From Guillardia theta CCMP2712 (Eukaryota > Protista > Cryptophyta), in assembly GCF_000315625.1 (NCBI RefSeq), contig NW_005434514.1, positions 1 to 59,843 on the forward strand: a stretch of 59,843 nt of DNA, in the 5' to 3' direction. Below, one piece after another: positions 1-8,443 of the stretch. Positions within the stretch are counted from its first letter, which is position 1, and each line of letters begins with the position of its first letter. The notes under the pieces are model-generated. The model was not told where the DNA came from, ran no database searches, and saw nothing but the letters and a program-made list of their open reading frames with translations. Position numbers and translations under genes: made by a program.

Positions 1-507
1 GACATACACCGAGGAGATGCCTTCTTCATGGTTGACATAGGAAGTCACCTCGTTGCCTGCTGAGGCGGTGTATGTCTCGACCTTCTCCTTCTTGGCTTCT
101 TNNNNNNNNNNNNNNNNNNNNNNNNNNNNNNNNNNNNNNNNNNNNNNNNNNNNNNNNNNNNNNNNNNNNNNNNNNNNNNNNNNNNNNNNNNNNNNNNNNN
201 NNNNNNNNNNNNNNNNNNNNNNNNNNNNNNNNNNNNNNNNNNNNNNNNNNNNNNNNNNNNNNNNNNNNNNNNNNNNNNNNNNNNNNNNNNNNNNNNNNNN
301 NNNNNNNNNNNNNNNNNNNNNNNNNNNNNNNNNNNNNNNNNNNNNNNNNNNNTGATCTCCGATACAGCAGGTTGCGAACATTTTCATCATACTGAAGAAC
401 CATACTTAGAAAGCTATTTGAAGTATACAAACCTCTCGCTTGCAGCTTCCTTGGCGCCCTGGCGGCTTCCCCTACACCTGGCAAGGAGCCATGCTGCCGA
501 AAATAAC
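1..507 (-). mobile_element. 5' part of another B-type ORF1-paralogue unit, interrupted by an N gap and the window edge
   Basis: 1-101 matches ~12866-12970 and 353-507 matches ~13223-13377 nearly base for base. It encodes ...YTSNSFLSMVLQYDENVRNLLYRRS. Confidence 0.85.
102..352. other. Assembly gap (N run)
   Basis: Run of N. The flanks are collinear with element B at about the same spacing. Confidence 0.99.
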
Positions 508-927
508 TGTTTCTGTTGTTTCCATAGTCCTCAGTTCCGAGCCGCCGGTGCGGCCGTGTCTCCTCCGGGCCCGGGTTGACGGTTTCAGTGTAACCGTCCA
601 CCTGTCCAGTTTTTGCGCTAAGTCCATGTCCCTTCCCCGCCTGCCGCCTGTGAAGCTTCCCCGTCAGTCTGTCCTTGTTGACCTTTCCCCTGTCGTCATC
701 CATCTGTCTCCTGTGTCCTTGCCCCTTCCTTGCCATGTTGGTTGTTTTTCGCCTATGAGGCTTCACCTTCGGTCTGTCCGTTGACCGTTGCCCTTTCGTC
801 TTCATCTGTCTTCTGTGTCCTTGCCCCTTCCCAGCCATGCTGATCCTGGTTGCTAGCTTTTGAGGCTTCCCTTGTGATCTGTCCTCGTTGATATTTACCC
901 CTTCATCTTCCAACCATCTTATATCCT

Positions 928-2298
928 TCATGCTTGTTCTCTGTTGGTCGTGTCTCCTCGTCTCCTTGAGGTCCACAGCATGTGTTGCACTTCGAGCAGC
1001 TGGATGACTATCTTGGTCATGGCTCTGTCAATCATATCCTCGTCCATGAGCAAGTTCCGGAAATTTGTGGTCCATTCCCGCTCCATAATACTGCCTCTCA
1101 CTCCTGCAATGAACGTGGCTTGTATGACCTCTGTGTTGTCGCTCCTACTTGTCATCTCTGCCCGCAGTGCTGCATATTTCTGTTCTTTCTCCTGAAACTT
1201 TGCTTTCAGGTTTGCCAGACTGCTTCCCTCGCCCGTGAACTCTGAAGTTCTTGCTATCTCCACCAGCACAATGCGATTGCTCCCTCTGAAGTAGCAGAGC
1301 CCATCTGGTATAAGATTGCCGTGCTCTGGTGCAGTCAGTCCTAGCCCTGTCATAGAGTTGATTGGCGTTTGCCACCAACTCTCCTGTTCAACACTTTTCT
1401 TCTTCCAGCTTTCTGTCAGGCATCCCTTGATTGTCTCCATTACTCTGTTGTGTGCCAAAGCGATCATGAGCTCAAATTCTTTGCAGGCTAGCTGGATATG
1501 CACCCAGCTTTCTTCCCTGCCTTCGCACCATGGGCAACAGGGGGATGTCGTCTTCTTCCACTGGAACAGCTTTTTCCTCGTAGGTGCTGACCAGGTAATA
1601 GCTTGGATGGCTGTCCGAAGTACTGATCCTCGACACCTCTGTAAGGCTCGACCTAGGATCCTTCTGCCCACTTGTGGTTCCAGGAGAAAGGTTTCCGTCA
1701 AGGTAAGGGGGGCTTCTTTCCTCCTCAGTTCCAGTTGTTCTTCTCTGATTATCTTATCCCATATTTTCAGTCGATCCATCCCCGGCTTGAAGTTCTCTTC
1801 GTCTGCAATGCAGAATCCCAAGTCGCTGTCGATGAGGGCCCTTTCCCACGTGGAGGAGAAGGAGGATTTTCCCTTGCGAGCTTCCTCTGCAGCTTCTTGC
1901 ACTACGGTGTGGTCTGCGATCAGAGAGAGGTTGATCTCAATGCCTTCCCGCTGAAATTTGCTCAGGCATTCCTGCAGTCTTCCTGCCAAGTCGTATACGA
2001 GCTCGTCTTCATACTGCATGGTAGACCATCTGAGGGTGTCCGTAAGAAAGCGATGCATTCGGGTTGATTTAAAGAGGACGAAGATTTTCCTGATTGTTTT
2101 CTGTTTGCCTCTTTGTTCCCAAATCGCTTGTAGGAGTATGCAGAGTGCGATGGTATGTGCTCTGATGACGCTACATTTTCCGTGTATCTTGATCGCTCCG
2201 CGTTCCTGCTCTCCTTCCTTTTCTTGCGTGCTGTATCCTATCGACATTGATCGACCCTTCCTGTTTCGTGATATGTCGCCGTGGATTGCGGACCACAC
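928..2298 (-). CDS. C-terminal part of element A polyprotein: degenerate RNase H-like region, CCHC knuckle and PD-(D/E)xK restriction-like endonuclease
   Basis: CPWC-x8-H-x4-C (CPWCEGREESWVHIQLAC), AHNRV, IPDGLCY...VLVEIAR, KEQKY. It overlaps the upstream ORF in a different frame. Confidence 0.85.
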   Translation of the reverse strand: MWSAIHGDISRNRKGRSMSIGYSTQEKEGEQERGAIKIHGKCSVIRAHTIALCILLQAIWEQRGKQKTIRKIFVLFKSTRMHRFLTDTLRWSTMQYEDELVYDLAGRLQECLSKFQREGIEINLSLIADHTVVQEAAEEARKGKSSFSSTWERALIDSDLGFCIADEENFKPGMDRLKIWDKIIREEQLELRRKEAPLTLTETFLLEPQVGRRILGRALQRCRGSVLRTAIQAITWSAPTRKKLFQWKKTTSPCCPWCEGREESWVHIQLACKEFELMIALAHNRVMETIKGCLTESWKKKSVEQESWWQTPINSMTGLGLTAPEHGNLIPDGLCYFRGSNRIVLVEIARTSEFTGEGSSLANLKAKFQEKEQKYAALRAEMTSRSDNTEVIQATFIAGVRGSIMEREWTTNFRNLLMDEDMIDRAMTKIVIQLLEVQHMLWTSRRRGDTTNREQA

Positions 2299-5200
2299 GT
2301 GGTTCCTGTTCTTCTCCTGTTTGGCCGAGGCTTGATGGCTTGAGGCTTGATAGTTTTTCGTTTTGCTTCCTTCGGTATTCTTGTAGCTCCTCCTGTTCAG
2401 GGATCAGGTGTACTGTGAGTTGGACAATTATTCTCTCTTGTTCCGACTCTTTGCAGTAGACAATCAGGTCGTCTTGTGACTTCCTGAGGCTCCGATCGCC
2501 CGTCCTCCAGAAATTTGCAGCGTAACAAATTTCTGATCCTTTAGGTACCTTACCGACTAGCATGAAGCCGTCAGGGGTTTCTTTCCTGGAGCAAGTTTGG
2601 TTCCATCCGATCATGATTGTTCCGGACTCGCATGCGGCGTGGCTGAGGTATTGCTCCTGTTGGTCGATCCATATTATTTCACGTCGAACCTCGTCGTCCT
2701 GCAAGCTGTCTGTTGCGGCCTGGATTGTCGGGTGATAGAGGGTGGGCCAGTTGCTGAACTGTTTTGTTTCAGCGAGCATCCCCAAGTGTTCTAGAAATTC
2801 GTACGACAGCGGAAGGCCTTGTTGTCTATCTCGAATTTCAGCCATGGCGGTGGTTAGATGTTCCCACCAAGCTTGCGAGTTGAGTAAGCTGTTGTGTTTT
2901 TTGCTGATATGCTTAGCAATTTGCAGTAGGATCTCTGTCTTCTCTGGGTTCTTGGCGCCATCTTCATCTTCTTTCCTCGCAAATGGCGCCGAGCGAAGGG
3001 AAGGTTCGGCTTCTTTGATGTCTTGTTCTTGGCCCGTGTGACTTCTGGGCCGGTCCATGATTGCTATGTCGCCCTTGATTTTGAAACTTTCCTTACCTTT
3101 TAGGATAAGGTGTTCCTGTTGATCCAGATTGCCTAGTAATTTAGCCATGAGGGATCTTGTGTTTGCATGAGCTGGGTGTGGCCTTCTCTCTTCTGCTGCT
3201 TCCCGATGCTTTTTGGATGTCTCCTCCCGGTCCTCCTCTGATTGCGGGTGTGACTTTCGTTTTCGGGTTGTAGCACTATCCTGCGTGGCAACCTCTCGTC
3301 TTCTCCTCTTTGTTCCTGATGCTCTGTTGACGCTGCTTACCCAGATGACATTTTCTTGTAGCAATTGCATTACGATCCCCTCCGCCTCCTCGCGTTGCCT
3401 TGGGAAAGGCCAGAGCTTCCTTGGCAAATGCAGTTCTTCGTCCGCGATAGGTCGTACATTGCGTAGCAAGGAGAATTGGAGTTTCGGGAGTTGCCTCCAT
3501 AAGGCTTGGAAGTTCGTCCAGCCCTGTGGTCTGTTACAGTCGTTCAAGTTTGCCACCATATCCTCCATCCTATGAAGGAGGGAGATGCTTCCAGGTAGGT
3601 GACCTGCTTCTATATGGGCCCAGCTGATCCTCGTGTTTAGTTTTTCCGCCAGCCAGACTGCTAAAGCTTCGGGTCCCCGCACCACATCCCGCTCCATAGT
3701 TCGAAAATTCATTTCTCTTTGGAGCTCGAGCATTGTTTGACACCCCCATTTTACGCACGAGTTTCTGAGTTTAGATATCAGTCTATCTTGGATGTCTCCA
3801 CCATGCTTACTATTCACTTCTCGTTCGATGTATCGTAACGCTGCTCTTCCTAGGATTGGGGCAGGATGAGGGACCTGCAGCCCTCCATTCTCTGTTGGCA
3901 GGTAGAATATACCATTCCCTGTACTTTTGCTTAGGCCTAACGCTTTTTTAAAAGCTCGTATCCACAGTTGATCTAATTCTTGTAGGTCTCGCCAAGTCCA
4001 TCCAGTCATGACTGCGGAGTAGCGAAAGACGTTGAGAATTCCAACTTTCACCAGGTAAAATTTTTGCGCAGGAGTATAACTCGACGAGCTGATATTGTTG
4101 ATCAGTTCTTTGGTTTTTTCAAAGACGTATGCTCGTTCTCCCCAAGTGAAAGGGCAGCCCTTTATTCTTCGTCTTTCTTCCTTCCACAGAGAGATGCGAT
4201 AGCCGAGATATTTGAACGGTTTAGTAGCCGGTAGGGCTTCGACAGGTTCCCCCATGACCGTTATTTTGTTCGCACCAGGAACCTCTCCCTTGCGAGCATA
4301 GTCGAAGCTGGTTATCTCTGATTTCTTATTGTTGATTTGCAGTCCTGACCATTTGCAGAAGGAATCCACCACTGCTACCAACTCTCGCATTTCTTTCATC
4401 GTGTGTGCGATGAGTACCATGTCATCGGCGAAGGACAGGTTGTTTGTTGTTCCTGTGCTGCACTTGTCCAATTGCCTAGAGAGGATGCATAGCACCAAGT
4501 TGGCCAGTTGTGGGCTACTTGCTCCACCTTGTGGCAGCCCGATCATTAGAGGTATTTTCCCTGTGTTGAACTCGTTTGTTTGTATTTGCAGTTCGACTCC
4601 ACTGTTGCAGGCTATCACAGTTCTAATGTCTTCAGGATGGAAGCCTAGGCTGTTCATTGCCTGCTCGACCACCTCGATCGCCACATTGTTAAAGAAGTTC
4701 GCAAAGTCCAGGTACAAGAGAATGAGGGACGTTTTGGCCTCTTCTGCTTCTTCTACGATCGAGATCAGTCGATGAGCCTGCCGACTTGTGCTTCTGCCTG
4801 GACGGAACCCCTCCTGGAAGTTTGTGAGGACGTTATTTGCTTCTACTGTCTTACTCAGACGATGCGCCAGGATTGCCTGAACCAGCCGAGTAAGCGTTGA
4901 CATGACGCATATAGGCCGCATGTTTTCGAGAATGTGACAGAATTGATTTTTTGGCAGGAGGCGTACTCTCGCTGTCTTGTTGAGAACCTCAGCTTTGCCT
5001 TCTAGGGCTGCATTGACTAACTTACCAACTTCCTCTCGGCATGCTGGTGGCAGCGCCCGCAGCACTTCGTTCGAAATGAGGTCAAGTCCTGCAGCCTTTC
5101 GTCTCGGCGCCGAGGCGAGCCAGACATCAATCTCTCCCGGTGCCAGGGGTCTGGTGATTTCCTGTTGTTGTCTCCTTGAAAGCTGCACCCCCTCAGGCGG

Positions 5201-8200
5201 TGTGATCCGTCTTGGGGCCACGGTTGTGAACGACTTACATTTTGTGCAGTACGGGGTAATCCCTCCCCCTCCGATGGTCTCGTCGCTTGAGTCAGCCAAG
5301 GGGAGCATACATCCGATGTTTGAGCATTTTGAGCAGGTCCCTTGTTTCGTGCATGCGTTGACGCTGAAGAAGAATCGTGTATGGTCCGCGTCCTCTAGCT
5401 CTCTAACCTTCTGCATTGGGAGATGATCCGTGAGATCACGGTATCCTGCTATCTCCCATGTTGTTTTATCCGATTCTTCTAGTGCTACAATTGCTTTCGT
5501 GATTGTGTTTGCAGGTAGCAGTGATAGAAAGATCCAGTCATCTGTCCCCTCTCGCTCGATCCCAATCATCAGTTGCTGGTTTGCACTCCAAAATGCTCTA
5601 ACGCCCCTCGTGTCTTCGCTAGATAGGGTTGCTTCGATTTGGTTGATGAGCTCGTCGGCATTGTCGACTATCTTGCCGAGCAGTCGAAGAGCCAAGCCTT
5701 TGTGGCAACGAAGGGAGTTAGGGTGTTTTTTCTTGATGTCTTGACTTATCATCGGTTCTTTGGGAATGAAATCATTCTTGCGTCCCATTGCATTCTGGGA
5801 TTCACGGCTGCCTACCGTGCCTAGCCGTGTTTGCTGCTGTTGGCAGATCTCTTGGAAAACTTCGTTGTTTTGTTCTTCACATATCGTTCTGAACCTCTCG
5901 ATCTTAGTTCGCAATTCTCTTTGTAATGTAGCTTCCGTAGGTACACCAGTCGCTGGGCTTTGCTGTGATGCTTCCCTAAGTTTAGTCCGCAAGTTGCGGA
6001 TCGATCTCTTCAAATCCATTTGTTCTTTGTTCGAATGTCGCCTCCCTCCCTTTCTGATTTTTACCTCCTTTAGTGGTAGAGAGTTGGCGAGCATCTCACA
6101 AATGTTACATTCTTGCGCCTTAGCTCGCATGTCTCGTATGTTTGCATCTAGTTGTTGCGCCCATTCGATCTTCTTCTCCTCCCACGAATCGCGATCCAGC
6201 ACCCATCTGCTTTTAGGGGTTTCCCCCTTCTTCTGTCGTGAATTCATCTGATGCACTTCTACTCGTGGGATTAGCTGCGTCTCCTCGGACGTGAACTTGG
6301 TGTGTACTTGCACCACCAGGGCTCTGTGATCAACTGCTCCCCCTATCACACAGCCGTCGACCGTCCACGATTGAAGGGAGATGTTTGGAAAGTTGTCCTC
6401 GTCACTTGGGGGGTGAATAGCGAGAACTGCGTCGAGTTTGGCTTCTATCAGTTCTTGTTTGTACCATGTTGAGAAGGTAAATGTTGTCCCAGTCTCGCTG
6501 ATCTGTTCATATGAGAGTGTACGGTGTGCGGAAAGGTCTGCCAGGAATTTCTCGAATCTCTCATCTGCTTTTGCGGTGATAGATGAGGGGGAATATCCTC
6601 TCCGCATTGGTGTTGTTGTGTTGGTTCTTGCTGCATTAAAGTCTCCGGCTATGATGTGTGTCTCTCTCGTTCCCAGAGCGAGGTGTAGCAGCTCTGCCCA
6701 CAGTTCCCCTTGCTCTCGAATCGCATTTTCCGCAGGTACCTGATGGAGGTTTGTGACTAAGAAAGAATTTTTCCCTGTTCCGACTTTGATCGAAAACACT
6801 CGGTTTCGATATTTCTTTTCTTTGTTGCACGCCTGGTGAGCGGCAGGGGAGGGTGACGGCGACAGGGCCGCATGTACCAGCGTTACCAACCTCAGGTCTC
6901 CTTTCCCCTTCTTCGCATTGATCTTTGCAGGCCCCAGGAAGATTCTGTAGCAGGCCCAGTTCTCCTTGATCATCTTCCTTAATTTGTTCTCGTCGCGGGC
7001 CGAGACCCTTACCTCTTGTAGTAGCACAACCCCAGGTTGGAAGGACTGGATTAAGTATGCGAGGATGTGCTTGAGAACAAAGTGATTGCAACCATTCACA
7101 TTTTGTGAGATGAGGAAACCTGGGTCTGAGCTTTTTCGATGCATCTGCGCCCAATCATTGCCCCTTTGCTCCTCCTGCCTTTCCCCCCTCCGCTCCTTCC
7201 CTCTCTGGGAGGTTTTCTCTCCTGATTGTGCATTCTCCTCCATTTCCTCACCCAGATGTCTTGGTTGGGGCTTCGTGGGGGTCGCTTGCCGCTGGATTGC
7301 GATCGGCTGTACCTCCTCCTCAAGCTTTGTCGTCGAGGTCATCAGCCGCTGGATTACCTCCTCCTCAAGCTTTGTCGTCGAGGTCATCAGCCGCTGGATT
7401 GCGTGTGGCTGTACCTCCTCCTCAAGCTTTGTCGTCGAGGTCATCAGCCGCTGGATTGCGTTCGGCTGTACCTCCTCCTCCGGCTTTGTCGTCGATGTCG
7501 AGTTCTCTTGCACCCTCGCCTCCTTCGGCAGAGATCGCAGAATTACCTGGGCCGTTTCCTCCATCTTCTCCAGATGGGTGAGAGCTTCGATCAGTTGTGT
7601 TCTGGTTTGCATCAGCCATTCTTGCGGAGGTCTTAGTCTTGTCCTCGTTTCCATCGTTGCTAGCCAGTCTTGATTTGTCTCGCAGAGCAGTAGGGTGTGA
7701 AGGATAGCGAACACTCCGCAGTTGAAGTTATCTTCCTGTTGGAAGGCTGAGCACCACTTTACCTGCCATGGGGCGTTGGTCTGATCGTCAAAGATGTGTT
7801 CGATCACTCCGATTGTCAGCTCAGCCATTTCTCTTGCTCCGTGCTCCCCCGTTGTTGCAAGATTCCTCGCTCCCTCGATCCCTCGTGGGTCCCTCGTTGT
7901 GCTCGTTCTGTCCTCGCAGAGAGGGTCCAATATGTACGCGCATCGCCGATCATATCTTAATGCAATTAGAATCCAGTGGTTGCTGTGGATGATAGTTGGG
8001 AACAGGAAGGTGTGTTGCTCATCTCTCAAACTGCTGAGGTGAAATCTGTTCCCGACTCTCAAGCGGGACGCCTCGTCTCGCAGACTGGATATTACCCTTG
8101 GCAAGAAGATGATGTTCCGCGTTTGCTGGTCCTCACGAGCTCTCCCTTTGCGTACCATATGTATTGCTCTTCCTCCTTGAAGAGCCTTGCTCATCTCATT

Positions 8201-8434
8201 GAGAGTAACTTCGATCATGTTCTCGCATAAAAATCCGCTTACTCCTCGATTGTTCAGGGCAGTGATGCCAAATTCCTTGTCGCCTCGTTTGTCTGACCAT
8301 GGGATCTCCTCGATCCAATCAAAAAAATACAATGTTCTATCTACATGTTGCGTTTCCTTTGAAACCGTTTCCCTCTCCCCCCCTTGCCTACTCCCGGCAC
8401 TCCCCCCTTCCTCCTCCCTTCCTCCTCCTGTCAT
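2171..8434 (-). CDS. Element A ORF2 polyprotein: Ulp1/C48 protease, APE endonuclease, C4 Zn finger, reverse transcriptase
   Basis: Protease: NHWIL, ILDPL, QQEDNFNCGVF. APE: QNVNG, LLQEV, AGDFNA, KLDAV, VDHRAL. RT: KAAGLD, RPICV, QEGFRPGRST, LDFANFF, GLPQGGASSP, FADD, FKYLG. Confidence 0.95.
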   Translation of the reverse strand: MTGGGREEEGGSAGSRQGGERETVSKETQHVDRTLYFFDWIEEIPWSDKRGDKEFGITALNNRGVSGFLCENMIEVTLNEMSKALQGGRAIHMVRKGRAREDQQTRNIIFLPRVISSLRDEASRLRVGNRFHLSSLRDEQHTFLFPTIIHSNHWILIALRYDRRCAYILDPLCEDRTSTTRDPRGIEGARNLATTGEHGAREMAELTIGVIEHIFDDQTNAPWQVKWCSAFQQEDNFNCGVFAILHTLLLCETNQDWLATMETRTRLRPPQEWLMQTRTQLIEALTHLEKMEETAQVILRSLPKEARVQENSTSTTKPEEEVQPNAIQRLMTSTTKLEEEVQPHAIQRLMTSTTKLEEEVIQRLMTSTTKLEEEVQPIAIQRQATPTKPQPRHLGEEMEENAQSGEKTSQRGKERRGERQEEQRGNDWAQMHRKSSDPGFLISQNVNGCNHFVLKHILAYLIQSFQPGVVLLQEVRVSARDENKLRKMIKENWACYRIFLGPAKINAKKGKGDLRLVTLVHAALSPSPSPAAHQACNKEKKYRNRVFSIKVGTGKNSFLVTNLHQVPAENAIREQGELWAELLHLALGTRETHIIAGDFNAARTNTTTPMRRGYSPSSITAKADERFEKFLADLSAHRTLSYEQISETGTTFTFSTWYKQELIEAKLDAVLAIHPPSDEDNFPNISLQSWTVDGCVIGGAVDHRALVVQVHTKFTSEETQLIPRVEVHQMNSRQKKGETPKSRWVLDRDSWEEKKIEWAQQLDANIRDMRAKAQECNICEMLANSLPLKEVKIRKGGRRHSNKEQMDLKRSIRNLRTKLREASQQSPATGVPTEATLQRELRTKIERFRTICEEQNNEVFQEICQQQQTRLGTVGSRESQNAMGRKNDFIPKEPMISQDIKKKHPNSLRCHKGLALRLLGKIVDNADELINQIEATLSSEDTRGVRAFWSANQQLMIGIEREGTDDWIFLSLLPANTITKAIVALEESDKTTWEIAGYRDLTDHLPMQKVRELEDADHTRFFFSVNACTKQGTCSKCSNIGCMLPLADSSDETIGGGGITPYCTKCKSFTTVAPRRITPPEGVQLSRRQQQEITRPLAPGEIDVWLASAPRRKAAGLDLISNEVLRALPPACREEVGKLVNAALEGKAEVLNKTARVRLLPKNQFCHILENMRPICVMSTLTRLVQAILAHRLSKTVEANNVLTNFQEGFRPGRSTSRQAHRLISIVEEAEEAKTSLILLYLDFANFFNNVAIEVVEQAMNSLGFHPEDIRTVIACNSGVELQIQTNEFNTGKIPLMIGLPQGGASSPQLANLVLCILSRQLDKCSTGTTNNLSFADDMVLIAHTMKEMRELVAVVDSFCKWSGLQINNKKSEITSFDYARKGEVPGANKITVMGEPVEALPATKPFKYLGYRISLWKEERRRIKGCPFTWGERAYVFEKTKELINNISSSSYTPAQKFYLVKVGILNVFRYSAVMTGWTWRDLQELDQLWIRAFKKALGLSKSTGNGIFYLPTENGGLQVPHPAPILGRAALRYIEREVNSKHGGDIQDRLISKLRNSCVKWGCQTMLELQREMNFRTMERDVVRGPEALAVWLAEKLNTRISWAHIEAGHLPGSISLLHRMEDMVANLNDCNRPQGWTNFQALWRQLPKLQFSLLRNVRPIADEELHLPRKLWPFPRQREEAEGIVMQLLQENVIWVSSVNRASGTKRRRREVATQDSATTRKRKSHPQSEEDREETSKKHREAAEERRPHPAHANTRSLMAKLLGNLDQQEHLILKGKESFKIKGDIAIMDRPRSHTGQEQDIKEAEPSLRSAPFARKEDEDGAKNPEKTEILLQIAKHISKKHNSLLNSQAWWEHLTTAMAEIRDRQQGLPLSYEFLEHLGMLAETKQFSNWPTLYHPTIQAATDSLQDDEVRREIIWIDQQEQYLSHAACESGTIMIGWNQTCSRKETPDGFMLVGKVPKGSEICYAANFWRTGDRSLRKSQDDLIVYCKESEQERIIVQLTVHLIPEQEELQEYRRKQNEKLSSLKPSSLGQTGEEQEPRVVRNPRRHITKQEGSINVDRIQHARKGRRAGTRSDQDTRKM
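7285..7500 (-). repeat. In-frame ~57-bp tandem repeat (TSTTK[LP]EEEVQPxAIQRLM, ~4 copies) in the protease-APE linker
   Basis: Direct repeats are visible in both the DNA and the translation. Confidence 0.9.
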
Positions 8435-8443
8435 GATTCGGTT

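Noticed and set aside
500-600. Hammerhead-like core (sense CUGAGGA-CUAUG-GAAAC) plus GC hairpins right at the A/B-type junction
   Set aside because: I could not build stems I and III around a valid NUH site in type I or III topology. An Infernal/RNAMotif search or a cleavage assay would settle it.
2171-8434. Telomerase or Penelope/Athena-type RT because of the telomere association
   Set aside because: APE, CCHC-RLE and LINE-type RT motifs indicate a non-LTR retrotransposon. No GIY-YIG or TERT motifs are seen.
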